DNA from: Alphaproteobacteria bacterium
GTDB taxonomy: Bacteria; Pseudomonadota; Alphaproteobacteria; Rhodobacterales; Rhodobacteraceae
Length of the DNA: 64,000 bases
Reading direction: 5' to 3'
Assembly (NCBI GenBank): GCA_009908505.1
Contig: JAAAPD010000034.1
Span: 1,430 to 65,429 of the forward strand
In this document: piece after piece, positions 38,319-52,323 of the stretch
Numbering within the stretch: position 1 is the first letter of the stretch
How the letters are laid out: every line of letters starts with the position of its first letter
Position numbers and translations under genes: made by a program
Notes under the pieces: model-generated
Told to the model about the DNA's origin: nothing
What the model saw: the letters and a program-made list of their open reading frames with translations, nothing else
Database searches by the model: none

Positions 38319-39731
38319 ATGTTGAATGCCGTTTCCCCCGAGTTGGAAAAAAAGCTGCGCGCCTTGCTGGGGCCGAAGGGACTGCCGTCGGGCAGCGCCG
38401 CGTTCCTTGAAGAACCGCGCGGGCGGTGGAAAGGCCGGGGCCTTGTCGTCGCACCGGCGGGCACCGACGAGGTCGCCGCCGTGGTGCGCCTTTGTGCAGA
38501 GCACCGGGTGGGGGTCATCCCCTATGGCGGGGGCACGGGGCTGGTGGGCGGCCAGATCACCGAGACGGGCCCTGCGCCGGTGATTCTGTCACTGCACCGT
38601 ATGGCCGAGATCCGCGCGATCTACCCGCGCGAGAACGCGATGGTTGTCCAAGCGGGGGCGATCCTGGCCGATATCCAGGCGGCTGCGGAAGACGTGGATC
38701 GCCTGTTTCCGCTGTCGCTGGCCTCGGAGGGGTCGGCGCTGATCGGCGGGTTGCTGGCCACCAATGCGGGCGGATTGAACGTGATCCGCTATGGCAATGC
38801 GCGGGCGCAATGCCTTGGCCTGGAGGTCGTCATGGCCGATGGCGCGGTCTGGAACGGGCTGTCCCGGCTGCGCAAGGACAATACCGGCTATGACCTGCGC
38901 GACCTGATGATCGGGGCCGAAGGCACGCTGGGAATCATCACCGCCGCCACGCTCAAGCTCATGCCGCGCCCGGTCGAAACCGCGACCGCGCTTTTCGCCG
39001 TGCCGGACCCGGCAGCGGCGCTGGATCTGCTGGCGCTGGCCGGGGAGCAATTGGGCGAGACGATCACGGCCTTTGAACTGATACATCGACAGGGCTTTGA
39101 CTTTCTCCAAGAGGCGGGCATCGACCATGTCCGCCCCCTCGACCCGCTGCCCGATTGGTGTGTGCTGGTCGAGATCGGGCTGGGACAGGGGCAGGATGCG
39201 GATGGCGCGCTCGAGGCGCTTTTCTCGTCGGCATTGAAAGGCGGGCTGTCAACCGATGGCACGATCGCGCAGTCGGTCCAACAGGCTCAGGCCCTGTGGA
39301 CGATCCGTGAAAGCATCCCCCTCGCCAACAGGGCCATCGGTGCGGTTTCGTCCCATGATATCGCCCTGCCGCTGTCCGCGATCCCGCAGTTCATCGCGCA
39401 GGCGCCCGGCCGGCTGGCCGAGATCGGTGCATTCCGCATCAATTGTTTCGGTCACCTTGGCGACGGGAACCTGCATTACAATGTCTTCCCCTTGCCAGGG
39501 AAAAGCCGCGCGGACCACGAGGGCCAGCGCGAGGCCGTGAAGCGGGAGGTGCATGATCTGACCCACGAAATGGGCGGATCGGTCAGCGCCGAGCACGGCG
39601 TCGGCCGGCTGAAAGTCCCCGACCTGGAACGCTATGGCGATCCGGTGAAGCTGGCGACGATGCGGGCGATCAAGACGGCGCTCGATCCGTTGGGCGTTCT
39701 CAACCCGGGCGCGGTCTTGTCGCTGCGGTGA
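38319..39731 (+). CDS. FAD-linked oxidase (D-2-hydroxyacid dehydrogenase/GlcD family)
   Basis: GGGTGLVGG, LRKDNTGYDL, GAEGTLGIIT, GHLGDGNLHYN and SAEHGVG. Confidence 0.9.
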   Translation: MLNAVSPELEKKLRALLGPKGLPSGSAAFLEEPRGRWKGRGLVVAPAGTDEVAAVVRLCAEHRVGVIPYGGGTGLVGGQITETGPAPVILSLHRMAEIRAIYPRENAMVVQAGAILADIQAAAEDVDRLFPLSLASEGSALIGGLLATNAGGLNVIRYGNARAQCLGLEVVMADGAVWNGLSRLRKDNTGYDLRDLMIGAEGTLGIITAATLKLMPRPVETATALFAVPDPAAALDLLALAGEQLGETITAFELIHRQGFDFLQEAGIDHVRPLDPLPDWCVLVEIGLGQGQDADGALEALFSSALKGGLSTDGTIAQSVQQAQALWTIRESIPLANRAIGAVSSHDIALPLSAIPQFIAQAPGRLAEIGAFRINCFGHLGDGNLHYNVFPLPGKSRADHEGQREAVKREVHDLTHEMGGSVSAEHGVGRLKVPDLERYGDPVKLATMRAIKTALDPLGVLNPGAVLSLR

Positions 39732-39790
39732 TGCTTGCCCTTGACCACCCTTGCGCATAAGAGTGCGCGGACAGGAGCGAAGGGGCGAAA

Positions 39791-41029
39791 ATGCCGGTTC
39801 TCGTGATGAAATTTGGCGGTACCAGCGTCGCCACGCTGGACCGTATCCGCCGCGCCGCCAAGCGCGTCGGTGTCGAGGTGTCCAAGGGCTATGACGTGAT
39901 CGTCATCGTCTCGGCCATGGCCGGGGAAACCAACAAGCTGGTGGGCTATGTCAGCGACACCAGCCCGCTTTACGATGCCCGCGAATACGATGCCATCGTC
40001 AGTTCCGGCGAGAATGTGACCGCCGGGCTGATGGCGCTGACTTTGCAGGAAATGGACGTGCCCGCGCGCAGCTGGCAGGGCTGGCAGGTGCCGGTAAAAA
40101 CCACCAGCGCCCATTCCGCCGCCCGGATCGAGGACATCCCGACAGACAACATCAATGCGAAGTTCGGCGAGGGCATGCGCGTGGCCGTCGTGGCGGGGTT
40201 CCAGGGTGTCAGCCCCGAGGGCCGGATCACCACGCTTGGCCGGGGCGGGTCCGACACCACCGCAGTGGCCTTCGCCGCGGCCTTCGGCGCCGAGCGCTGC
40301 GACATCTACACCGACGTGGATGGTGTCTACACCACCGACCCGCGTATCGCCTCGAAGGCCCGCAAGCTGGACCGCATCGCCTTCGAGGAAATGCTGGAGC
40401 TTGCCAGCCTGGGCGCCAAGGTGCTGCAGACCCGATCGGTCGAACTGGCCATGCGCTACAACGTGAAACTGCGCGTGCTCAGCAGTTTCGAGGAACAATC
40501 CGACGAGGCCGGCACGCTGGTCTGCGACGAGGAGGACGTGATGGAAAACCGACCTGTATCCGGCATCGCCTATAGTCGAGAAGAGGCCAAGATGACGCTG
40601 ATTTCCGTGGCCGACCGCCCCGGGATCGCCGCCGCCATCTTCGGGCCCCTGTCCGAGGCCGGGGTGAACGTGGACATGATCATCCAGAACATCGCCGAAG
40701 AGGGCCGCACCGACATGACCTTTTCCTGCCCGGTCGACCAGGTCGCGCGGGCCGAGAAGGCCCTGAACGAGGCCAAGGCCGCCGGCGACATCAATTATCA
40801 CGACCTGGTCGCGGATACGGATGTGGCCAAGATCAGCGCCGTGGGCATCGGCATGCGCAGCCAGTCGGGCGTTGCCGCGACCATGTTCAAGACCCTTTCG
40901 GACGAGGGGATCAACATCAAGGTCATCGCCACGTCCGAGATCAAGATCAGCGTGCTGGTCGATCGAAAGTACATGGAACTGGCCGTTCAGGCGCTGCATG
41001 ACGCCTTCGAGCTTGAAAAGGCCGGCTGA
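39791..41029 (+). CDS. lysC: Aspartate kinase
   Basis: VMKFGGTSV, LGRGGSDT and YTDVDGVYTTDPR; two ACT domains. Confidence 0.96.
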   Translation: MPVLVMKFGGTSVATLDRIRRAAKRVGVEVSKGYDVIVIVSAMAGETNKLVGYVSDTSPLYDAREYDAIVSSGENVTAGLMALTLQEMDVPARSWQGWQVPVKTTSAHSAARIEDIPTDNINAKFGEGMRVAVVAGFQGVSPEGRITTLGRGGSDTTAVAFAAAFGAERCDIYTDVDGVYTTDPRIASKARKLDRIAFEEMLELASLGAKVLQTRSVELAMRYNVKLRVLSSFEEQSDEAGTLVCDEEDVMENRPVSGIAYSREEAKMTLISVADRPGIAAAIFGPLSEAGVNVDMIIQNIAEEGRTDMTFSCPVDQVARAEKALNEAKAAGDINYHDLVADTDVAKISAVGIGMRSQSGVAATMFKTLSDEGINIKVIATSEIKISVLVDRKYMELAVQALHDAFELEKAG

Positions 41030-41199
41030 CCGGGCGTCCGGGTATTCGGCGTCCCGGGGTCCGAATAGACGTTTTCGTGCCCCGCCTGGCCTACGCTTTC
41101 AATCAATGGGCAGGACGACGATAACGCGGTTCTCTTTCCGGTGGCAGGTCTGCTATACGGGGCCGAACGCCCGGCGGACGTCCGGCACGGAAGAGGGAC

Positions 41200-43437
41200 A
41201 TGCCCGAGACCTTTGAAACCGAAAGCCGAAAGCTGCTTGGCCGGTTGCGTGATGCCATGGCCGAGGACAATGCCGGCCAGGAACGGCTCGACAGGATCGT
41301 CGCGCTGATCGCGTCCTCGATGCGGACCGAGGTCTGTTCGATCTACCTGTTCCGCGATTCTGAGACGCTGGAGCTGTGCGCGACCGAAGGCCTTGCCGCC
41401 GAGGCGGTGCACCAGACCCGCATGCGGCTGGGCGAAGGGCTGGTGGGGCGCGTCGCCAAGGCGCGCGACGTGATCAACACCGCCGATGCGCCGGCCGCCC
41501 GGGGGTTCCGCTATATGCCGGAAACCGGCGAGGAGCGCTTTTCCAGCTTCTGCGGCGTGCCGATCCAGCGCCTGGGCGACACGATGGGCGTGCTTGTCGT
41601 GCAGTCGAAGCGGGTCCGCGAATTCACCGCCGACGAGGTTTACGCGCTGGAAGTCGTGGCCATGGTCCTGGCCGAGATGACCGAGCTGGGCGCGTTCCTG
41701 GGCGAAGGCGCGGCGCTTTCGGCGCGCCACCAGCAGCCGGTTTTGTTCCGCGGCACGGTCGCGCAAGAGGGCGCCGCCGGCGGCAACGTGTTCCTGCACG
41801 AACCGCGCGTCGTCGTCACGAACCCGATCGCCGACGACCCGGAAATCGAGAAAACCCGCCTGACCGAGGCGATAGACCGCTTGCGCCTGTCCGTGGACAA
41901 GATGCTAGCCCGCAATTCCGGCGCCAGTGCCGACCAGAAGGACGTGCTGGAAGCCTACCGGATGTTCGCCAATTCCCGCAGCTGGCAAAAGCGGATGCTG
42001 GACGACATCGAGAATGGCCTGTCGGCCGAGGCGGCGGTGGAAAAGGAACAATCCCTGGCCCGCACCCGCATGTCGCAGTCCAAGGATGCCTATCTGCGCG
42101 ACCGGCTGCACGACCTCGATGACCTGTCCAACCGCCTGCTGCGCATCCTGACGGGGCAGGGCAAGGATACCGGGGCCGAGCTGCCCGAGAACCCGGTGCT
42201 TGTCGCCCGCAATATCGGACCGGGCGAGTTGCTGGACTATGGCAAGGTGCTCAAGGCCATCGTTCTCGAAGAGGGCGCCGTTGGCAGCCATGCCGCCGTT
42301 GTCGCGCGGGCCTGGGCCATCCCCCTTGTGATCCATGCCAAGAACATCACCACCGAGGCGCTGAACGGCGACCCGATCCTGGTGGATGGCGAACAGGGGG
42401 TCGTGCACCTGCGGCCCGATGACACCGTGCGCTCGGCCTTTCGCGACAAGATCGCCATGCAGGCGGCGGCGCAGGAGCGCTATGCCTCGCTCGTGGACAA
42501 GCCGGCCACGACGCGCTGCGGCCAGACTATCGACCTGAACATGAATGCCGGGCTGATGGCTGACCTGCCCTCGCTGCCCAGCTCGGGGGCCGAGGGGGTG
42601 GGCCTGTTTCGCACCGAGCTGCAATTCCTGGTCCGCAACCAGATGCCCAAGCGGGCCGAGTTGTCGGCGCTCTATGCGCGGGTGATGGACGCGGCTGGCG
42701 GCAAGCGCGTTGCCTTCCGCACGCTGGATATCGGGTCGGACAAGGTGCTGACCTACATGAAGCCAAACGACGAACCGAACCCGGCCATGGGGTGGCGCGC
42801 GATCCGCGTGGGGCTGGACAAGCCCGGCGTGCTGCGCATGCAGTTGCAGGCGCTGATCCGCGCCTCGGCCGGGCGGCCGCTCAGCGTCATGTTTCCCTTC
42901 GTGGCGCAGCTGCAGGAATACCGCGATGCGCGGGCCGAGTTCGACAAGGCGATGGAGCGTGAACGCCGGTTGGGCCATCCCCTGCCGGAATCGGTCGAGA
43001 TCGGCGCGATGCTGGAAACGCCCAGCCTGGCCTTCGCGCCGGATCGTTTCTTTCAGGATGTCGATTTCCTGTCCATCGGGGGCAACGACCTGAAACAGTT
43101 CTTCTTTGCAGCCGACCGGGAAAACGAACGGGTGCGGCGGCGCTATGATACGCTCAATGTCAGCTTTCTGGCCTTTCTCGAACAGTTGATCGCACGCTGC
43201 GCGGCGCTGGATACGCCCGTCAGCTTTTGCGGAGAGGATGCCGGGCGGCCCATCGAGGCGATTTGTTTCGCGGCCCTGGGCCTGCGGTCGCTGTCCATGC
43301 GCCCCGCCTCGATCGGGCCGGTCAAGCACCTGTTGCGGCAGGTAGACCTGGGGCAGGTCAAGGCGGCCATGGACGCGTCGCGCGACCGCGGCGATCAAAG
43401 CGTGCGCCACGCGGTGATCGAGGCGCTGCGGGGTTAA
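41200..43437 (+). CDS. ptsP: PTS-Ntr enzyme I (GAF + EI)
   Basis: N-terminal GAF domain, GSHAAVVAR (phospho-His), GVGLFRTE, EPNPAMGWRAIR and SIGGNDL. Confidence 0.95.
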   Translation: MPETFETESRKLLGRLRDAMAEDNAGQERLDRIVALIASSMRTEVCSIYLFRDSETLELCATEGLAAEAVHQTRMRLGEGLVGRVAKARDVINTADAPAARGFRYMPETGEERFSSFCGVPIQRLGDTMGVLVVQSKRVREFTADEVYALEVVAMVLAEMTELGAFLGEGAALSARHQQPVLFRGTVAQEGAAGGNVFLHEPRVVVTNPIADDPEIEKTRLTEAIDRLRLSVDKMLARNSGASADQKDVLEAYRMFANSRSWQKRMLDDIENGLSAEAAVEKEQSLARTRMSQSKDAYLRDRLHDLDDLSNRLLRILTGQGKDTGAELPENPVLVARNIGPGELLDYGKVLKAIVLEEGAVGSHAAVVARAWAIPLVIHAKNITTEALNGDPILVDGEQGVVHLRPDDTVRSAFRDKIAMQAAAQERYASLVDKPATTRCGQTIDLNMNAGLMADLPSLPSSGAEGVGLFRTELQFLVRNQMPKRAELSALYARVMDAAGGKRVAFRTLDIGSDKVLTYMKPNDEPNPAMGWRAIRVGLDKPGVLRMQLQALIRASAGRPLSVMFPFVAQLQEYRDARAEFDKAMERERRLGHPLPESVEIGAMLETPSLAFAPDRFFQDVDFLSIGGNDLKQFFFAADRENERVRRRYDTLNVSFLAFLEQLIARCAALDTPVSFCGEDAGRPIEAICFAALGLRSLSMRPASIGPVKHLLRQVDLGQVKAAMDASRDRGDQSVRHAVIEALRG

Positions 43438-44246
43438 CCGCGCAGGGCCGGGCGGCGTAGCTGATCCAATTCCTCGTGGAATGCCGACAGGACGGCCTCT
43501 TGCCCGTGGATCCGGCCCAGGGCGCGCAAACCGAAATGCACCTCGGCGATCTGGCTGTAGTAATCCATGAAGGCGTAGTTGGTTCCGGCCCCGGCCGCCG
43601 CGCCCAGCACGGGCACCGCCTGGCCGGCCAGTTTCTGGCCGATCACCGTGGCGAAGCGGGGCGCGATCCGCGCCAGCAACTTGTTCAGCGCCGCCCCGGA
43701 CAGGCTGAGCCTGGTGCCGATGAAGGACGTGTCGATGCCGTCATCGCCGGCGCCGGGGCCGCCCGCGCCGAAAACCTGCAGGCATTGCAGGCGGGTTTCC
43801 TCGGATCGGGGGTCCTCGTCATGGGTTTCGGCCACGGATTGAACCGCGCGAAAGATCACCGTCGTCGCGATGGGCAGTTCCGCCAGCGCCGTTGGCAGTC
43901 CGCCGAACCCGCCGAAGGCACCGGACAGGGTGGCCAGCGCCTTGTGGCCCCGTTCCGAGTTGGCGATGCGGGCCATGGCCCCCCGGCGGCTGCGCCCGGC
44001 CAGGTCATAGGAATGGCGAAGCGCCGACTTCGCGGCGGTTTCGAGCTGGGCCCGCGACCCCGGGGGCAAGAGTTTCAACCCGTCCTCGACCTGGCCGCCG
44101 ACAAATGTGATGGCCCGCATCAACAGTGTATTGGCCCCGTGCTGACGCGCGGCAAGCGCAGAAATGGCCGCGCGGGCGCCGTCATCAAGGGGCGCGGGGG
44201 CGGGGTCGGGATTGATCAGGCGCATGCTTTCCGGTTCGGTCGTCAT
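43434..44246 (-). CDS. EcsC family protein
   Basis: GGLPTALAELP, TRLQCLQVF and QAVPVLGAAAGAGTN; start could also be at 44226. Confidence 0.8.
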   Translation of the reverse strand: MTTEPESMRLINPDPAPAPLDDGARAAISALAARQHGANTLLMRAITFVGGQVEDGLKLLPPGSRAQLETAAKSALRHSYDLAGRSRRGAMARIANSERGHKALATLSGAFGGFGGLPTALAELPIATTVIFRAVQSVAETHDEDPRSEETRLQCLQVFGAGGPGAGDDGIDTSFIGTRLSLSGAALNKLLARIAPRFATVIGQKLAGQAVPVLGAAAGAGTNYAFMDYYSQIAEVHFGLRALGRIHGQEAVLSAFHEELDQLRRPALRG

Positions 44247-44276
44247 GGATGAAAGATGGGGAGGCCGCGCGGCAAT

Positions 44277-44762
44277 TCAATCTCTGTCGCGTTCCACCTG
44301 CCCGGCGATCGCCGACCACGCATCCGGTTTCAGACCCAGGCCCAACACCCGGTCGGGATTGGTCGGGGGCGGCATCCGCACGTCCGGCAATCGTTCGAAA
44401 CCGAACCGCGCGTAATAGGGCGCATCGCCCACCAGCATGACCCTGTCCCAACCCTGGCGCGCGGCTTCGGCGACCTGCGCCCGGATCAGCAGGTCGCCCA
44501 GCCCCTCGCCCTGCCGGGTGGGGTGTACGGCCACCGGGCCCAGCAGGATCGCCCGCGCCGTGCCGATACGGACCGGCCAGCCACGGATCGCACCGCCCAG
44601 AATGCCGTCATCGTCCCGGGCGACAAGGCAAAGCGGCGCGACCGGCGGCACGTCGTCGCGCAACCGATAGGAGGACAGGGCCTCGCGCCCCGGCCCGAAA
44701 CACAGGTCGAAGAGCGCCTCGACCTCCCACCAATCCTCGTCGCGTTCGGGACGCAGCTTCAT
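44277..44762 (-). CDS. GNAT N-acetyltransferase (YhbS-like)
   Basis: LLGPVAVHPTRQGEGLG and LVGDAPYYARFGF. Start moved to ATG 44762. Confidence 0.88.
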   Translation of the reverse strand: MKLRPERDEDWWEVEALFDLCFGPGREALSSYRLRDDVPPVAPLCLVARDDDGILGGAIRGWPVRIGTARAILLGPVAVHPTRQGEGLGDLLIRAQVAEAARQGWDRVMLVGDAPYYARFGFERLPDVRMPPPTNPDRVLGLGLKPDAWSAIAGQVERDRD

Positions 44763-44838
44763 GTCCCGGTCTTTCTTGTTGTTTCCGCATCGCTCGGTAG
44801 CATGGCCGCAAAACCACGGCAAATGCTTGGAGAGATTG

Positions 44839-45447
44839 ATGTTCTACCGACCCGGTGATGGCCATGGCCTGCCGCATGATCCGTTCGGCGCGATCGTGAC
44901 ACCCCGGCCCATCGGCTGGATTTCCACGAAAGGCGCGGATGGCGGCGACAACCTCGCGCCCTATTCCTTCTTCAACGCCGTGGCCTATGAACCGCCGCAG
45001 GTCATGTTTGCCTCGACATCGGCCAAGCCGGATCGTGACGGCACGAAGGACAGCGTGGCCAATATCCGCGACACCGGCGTTTTCGCGGTGAACGTGGTGG
45101 AATTCTCGGCGCGGGCGGCGATGAACCGAACGTCGGGGCCGTGGGGCAGGGGCGTGGACGAATTCACCGATGCGGGCATCGCCAAAGCCGTTTGCAAGAC
45201 GATCGACTGCCCCCGCGTTGCAGGTGCGCCCGCATCCCTGGAATGCCGGCTGACCCGGATCATCGACCTGCCCGGCGCGGCGAATATCGTGGTCTTCGGG
45301 GAAGTGACCGGCGTGCATCTGCGCGACGACTGCCTGGTCGACGGGCGGTTCGACGTCAGCCGCTACACGCCACTGGCCCGTTTGGGCTATCGTGACTACA
45401 CCGCCGTTCGCGAGGTTTTCGCGCTGGTGCGTCCGGATGGGTCGTAA
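44839..45447 (+). CDS. Flavin reductase family protein
   Basis: PRPIGWIST, NLAPYSFFN and PLARLGY. Start ATG 44839. Confidence 0.88.
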   Translation: MFYRPGDGHGLPHDPFGAIVTPRPIGWISTKGADGGDNLAPYSFFNAVAYEPPQVMFASTSAKPDRDGTKDSVANIRDTGVFAVNVVEFSARAAMNRTSGPWGRGVDEFTDAGIAKAVCKTIDCPRVAGAPASLECRLTRIIDLPGAANIVVFGEVTGVHLRDDCLVDGRFDVSRYTPLARLGYRDYTAVREVFALVRPDGS

Positions 45448-45614
45448 CGGCGATGCGCCGCTCGTTTCCGGGCCCTCGGCCCGCCAACTTCGCCCCGCCC
45501 GCCGTCCCGTCTGCCCATGATTTGCGCAGGTTTTCAACGCGGTCGGTTCGGAACCCCGCTTCACAACCGGGGCGGGTTTGGGCAAGGTGACGGGGCCAAG
45601 ACACGGAGGATGAG

Positions 45615-46481
45615 ATGACAGTGATGCTCGGCATAATTGGGGGGTCCGGCCTGTACCAATTGCCGGGGCTGGAAAGGGCGGACTGGCATCCTGTCGCCAC
45701 GCCGTGGGGCGCCCCGTCCGATGACATCCTCGTGGGGGAAATGGCGGGGGTCAGGCTTGCGTTTCTGCCGCGCCACGGGCGCGGCCATGTCCATTCACCC
45801 AGCACCGTGCCCTACCGCGCGAATATCGACGCGTTGAAACGTCTGGGCTGCACCGACGTGGTCTCGGTCTCGGCCTGCGGGTCCTTCCGCGAAGAGCTGG
45901 CGCCGGGGGATTTCGTCGTCGTGGATCAGTTCATCGACCGCACCATCGCCCGCGAGAAGAGCTTTTTCGGCACCGGCTGCGTTGCACATGTCAGCGTGGC
46001 GCATCCGGTTTGTGACCGGTTGGCAAAGACCTGTGCCGAGGCCGCGACCGCCGCGGGCGTGACTGTCCACCAGGGCGGCACCTACCTGGCCATGGAAGGT
46101 CCGCAATTCTCGGCCATGGCGGAGTCGAAGCTCTACCGCGATGCATGGGGCTGCGACGTGATCGGCATGACCAATATGCCCGAGGCCAAGCTCGCACGCG
46201 AGGCCGAGCTTTGCTATGCCTCCGTCGCCATGATCACCGATTACGACAGCTGGCATCCCGATCACGGCAGCGTGGATATTTCCGAGATCATCGCCACCCT
46301 GGGCGCCAATGCCGACAATGCGCGCAGGACGGTGGTCGGCCTGCCTGAACGGCTGGATCATGACCGCCCATGCCCCTGCGGCTGCGACCGGGCGCTCGAC
46401 CATGCGATCCTGACCGCACCCGAAGCCCGCGATCCGCACCTTCTGCGCAAGCTCGACGCGGTGGCCGGTCGCGTTCTCTGA
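45615..46481 (+). CDS. mtnP: S-methyl-5'-thioadenosine phosphorylase
   Basis: [35 protein letters not shown] and TDYD.W. Confidence 0.93.
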   Translation: MTVMLGIIGGSGLYQLPGLERADWHPVATPWGAPSDDILVGEMAGVRLAFLPRHGRGHVHSPSTVPYRANIDALKRLGCTDVVSVSACGSFREELAPGDFVVVDQFIDRTIAREKSFFGTGCVAHVSVAHPVCDRLAKTCAEAATAAGVTVHQGGTYLAMEGPQFSAMAESKLYRDAWGCDVIGMTNMPEAKLAREAELCYASVAMITDYDSWHPDHGSVDISEIIATLGANADNARRTVVGLPERLDHDRPCPCGCDRALDHAILTAPEARDPHLLRKLDAVAGRVL

Positions 46482-46504
46482 CACCCTTTCGAAAGGACCA
46501 CTTC

Positions 46505-47035
46505 ATGAAAACCGTGAAGGAGTATATCCGCACGATCCCCGACTTTCCACATGACGGGATCATGTTCCGCGATGTCACGACGCTCTTTGCCGATGCGCGC
46601 GGTTTCCGCATGGCGGTCGACCAGTTACTGCATCCCTATGCCGGCCAGCCCATCGACGTGGTCGTCGGGCTCGAGGCGCGCGGGTTCATCCTGGGCGGGG
46701 CTATCGCGCACCAGCTTGGCAAGGGCTTCGTGCCGATCCGCAAGAAGGGCAAACTGCCCGGCGCGGTGATCGAACAACCCTACCAGTTGGAATATGGCGA
46801 GGCGGTGATGGAAATGCATGACGATGCCATTGCCGCCGGCCAGAAAGTCCTTGTTGTCGACGACCTGCTGGCCACCGGCGGCACGGCCGAGGCGGGTATC
46901 AAGCTGATCGAGCGGCTTGGCGGCGAGGTCGTGGGCTGCGCTTTCGTGATCGACCTGCCCGAGCTGGGCGGGCGCAAACGGCTGCAGGCGCTGGGCATGG
47001 AGGTCCATGCGCTTTGCGACTTCGAGGGGGCCTGA
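46505..47035 (+). CDS. apt: Adenine phosphoribosyltransferase
   Basis: [27 protein letters not shown] and PRPP motif [11 protein letters not shown]. Confidence 0.96.
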   Translation: MKTVKEYIRTIPDFPHDGIMFRDVTTLFADARGFRMAVDQLLHPYAGQPIDVVVGLEARGFILGGAIAHQLGKGFVPIRKKGKLPGAVIEQPYQLEYGEAVMEMHDDAIAAGQKVLVVDDLLATGGTAEAGIKLIERLGGEVVGCAFVIDLPELGGRKRLQALGMEVHALCDFEGA

Positions 47036-47036
47036 G

Positions 47037-47459
47037 CTAGTTCGCCTTGCGCTTGGGCACGAAGGGCAGCGGGGCCACGGGAATGCCGTCCTCGATCAGG
47101 GCCTTGGCCTCGTCCGGCTTGGCCTCTCCGTAGATCGACCGTTCCGGGGCCTCGCCGGCATGCATCGCGCGGGCTTCGCGGGCAAAGGACAGGCCGACAT
47201 AGTCGCTGTTTTCCTCGACCTTCCTGCGCAAAGCGACCATGGCCTCTTCCGCCTCGGAGCGGGGCTTCGCCAGCGACGCTGCCGGCGCATCGGCGCCCTT
47301 CGCGATGCTGGGCGCCATGAGGCTGCGGCGCACCCTGGTCGAACCGCAGGTCACACAGGCGATCTGGTTCGCATCGCGCAGCTTCTCATAGGCCACAGAC
47401 GACTGGAACCAGCTGTCGAACTGGTGGCCCTGGTCACAGGTAAGCGTGTAATGGATCAT
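47037..47459 (-). CDS. DUF1178 family protein
   Basis: C.QGHQFDSWF, C..C, FAREAR.MH.GE and IYGEA. Confidence 0.85.
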   Translation of the reverse strand: MIHYTLTCDQGHQFDSWFQSSVAYEKLRDANQIACVTCGSTRVRRSLMAPSIAKGADAPAASLAKPRSEAEEAMVALRRKVEENSDYVGLSFAREARAMHAGEAPERSIYGEAKPDEAKALIEDGIPVAPLPFVPKRKAN

Positions 47460-47520
47460 CCAGGACCCCGGCGCGCTGTTTCGATCACTGTCAGATAGGG
47501 CCCTTCCCCGGCCTTGGCAA

Positions 47521-47988
47521 TCAGACCAGTTTCGGGTCGAACTGCAGGATCATCTGCTGCAACTCGGGTTCATCCACCAGCTTGGCGGCCTTGCGCCGGT
47601 TGACCCAGCGCCGCTTGCGTTCCTTGCGTTCGGGCCAGCGGTTGTGGACCTTCTTGACCTTGAGCGGGAAGATCACCGCGACACAGGGCAGTTCATCGTC
47701 GCTATGGGCCTTGTAGTAGCTGTAAACGCCGAGCGGCCGGCTGCGCACCCGCCCTTCCAGCCCGGCCTCTTCCCAGGCCTCGGTCGCGGCGGCCTGTGTC
47801 GGGGTTTCCCCGTCCATGGGCCAGCCCTTGGGCACGATCCAGCGGCCGGTGCCGCGACTGGTGATCAAACAGAACTGCAATTCACCGTTATTGATGCGGT
47901 AGCACAAGGCGCCGAATTGCGTCCGCACATCTGTCTTGGCGGCTGCGCCAAGGTTGATTTCGTTCTGTTGTATCTCCTGCTTTGCCAT
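47521..47988 (-). CDS. NUDIX hydrolase
   Basis: WIVPKGW and Nudix box AAATEAWEEAG. Confidence 0.9.
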   Translation of the reverse strand: MAKQEIQQNEINLGAAAKTDVRTQFGALCYRINNGELQFCLITSRGTGRWIVPKGWPMDGETPTQAAATEAWEEAGLEGRVRSRPLGVYSYYKAHSDDELPCVAVIFPLKVKKVHNRWPERKERKRRWVNRRKAAKLVDEPELQQMILQFDPKLV

Positions 47989-48089
47989 GCTGTTTGCCTG
48001 TGACCCGTTCGGGCCGTTGCTGTGCCTCTTTGGCGACTATAACGCAGTGCGTGCCGACGCCAAAGCGTAATCCGCCGAAGGTCAACCGA

Positions 48090-51288
<3,199 letters not shown>

Positions 51289-51313
51289 TCCGGCCCGTTA
51301 TCGCGAAACGGAA

Positions 51314-51337
51314 AACGGCGCCCCTCGGGGCGCCGTT
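51314..51337. terminator. Bidirectional terminator-like hairpin between katG and eutC
   Basis: AACGGCGCCC-ctcg-GGGCGCCGTT with T-rich flanks on both strands. Confidence 0.7.
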
Positions 51338-51339
51338 CT

Positions 51340-52323
51340 TCATGTGCGGATGATCTGGCCCGCCTTGGGCAGGCTGGCCCGGACATGGCTGGCGATGGCC
51401 GTGTCCTGTGCCCCGGTGCCGGTCAGGTCGCAGATCGTGATATCGCTGTCGTCGATCCTTCCCGAAGCCGCGCCGGTGATGATCTGCCCCAGTTCCGGCG
51501 GCATGCCCTTCACGAGGCCCGCCGCGCGCGCCGCTTCCAATTCGCCCGAAACCTCGCATTGGCTGACCCGGTCGCAGACGTAGAGATCGGCCTTGGTGAG
51601 CGCGTTAGGGTCGATCTCGTTCTTGCCTTCCTGGTCCGACCCCATGGCGGTGACATGCAGGCCGGGATGCAGCCAATCGGCCATCAGCACCGGATCGCGG
51701 GCCGGGGTCGTGGTCACGACCAGTTGGGAATGCGCCAAAAGGTCAGCGGCATCGGTCATCACCTCGGCCTCAATGCCCAATGCCTGCCCCAGATCGGCAG
51801 CGCATTGTGCGGCCTTGGCCGGGTCGCGGCCATGGACGAGGACGCGCGTGAAAGGCCGGACCAGATGTGCGGCCTGCATTTGCAGTCGCGCCTGCACGCC
51901 GGTGCCGATCACGCCGGCGGTGTCCACCTGTTTCGGGGCGAGGTGCCGCGCGGCAACCGCGCCGGCGGCGGCCGTGCGGATATCGGTCAGGTAGCCATTG
52001 TCGAGATAGACCGCCTCGACCAGCCCCGTCTTGGCGGAGAACAGGATCATCAGCCCGTTTAGGCTGGGCAGGCCCAGTTCGGGATTGTCGAAAAAGCCCG
52101 GGCTGACCTTGATCGCGAAGCTGTCGAAGCCCTGGATATAGGCGGTTTTCACGTCCACTTCACCATTGGCATCGGCCATGTCCATGGACAGGATCGGCGG
52201 CATCACCACCTCGTCTCCGGCCAGCGCGGCGAAGGCGCGTTCGATCACGGCGACCGTTGTCAGGTCCAGCTGCACGGCGTCCTTCAGCTCGGCCTCGGTG
52301 ACGATCTGGATGTCATGGCCCAT
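51340..52323 (-). CDS. eutC: Cyclodeaminase / mu-crystallin family, EutC-like
   Basis: FAIKVSPGFFDNP, LTDIRTAAAGA, GTGVQARLQ and DLTGTGAQD. Confidence 0.8.
   Translation of the reverse strand: MGHDIQIVTEAELKDAVQLDLTTVAVIERAFAALAGDEVVMPPILSMDMADANGEVDVKTAYIQGFDSFAIKVSPGFFDNPELGLPSLNGLMILFSAKTGLVEAVYLDNGYLTDIRTAAAGAVAARHLAPKQVDTAGVIGTGVQARLQMQAAHLVRPFTRVLVHGRDPAKAAQCAADLGQALGIEAEVMTDAADLLAHSQLVVTTTPARDPVLMADWLHPGLHVTAMGSDQEGKNEIDPNALTKADLYVCDRVSQCEVSGELEAARAAGLVKGMPPELGQIITGAASGRIDDSDITICDLTGTGAQDTAIASHVRASLPKAGQIIRT

Noticed and set aside
43432-43439. GGTTAACC as a CtrA site
   Set aside because: It is the overlap of the ptsP and ecsC stop codons and is not in a promoter position.
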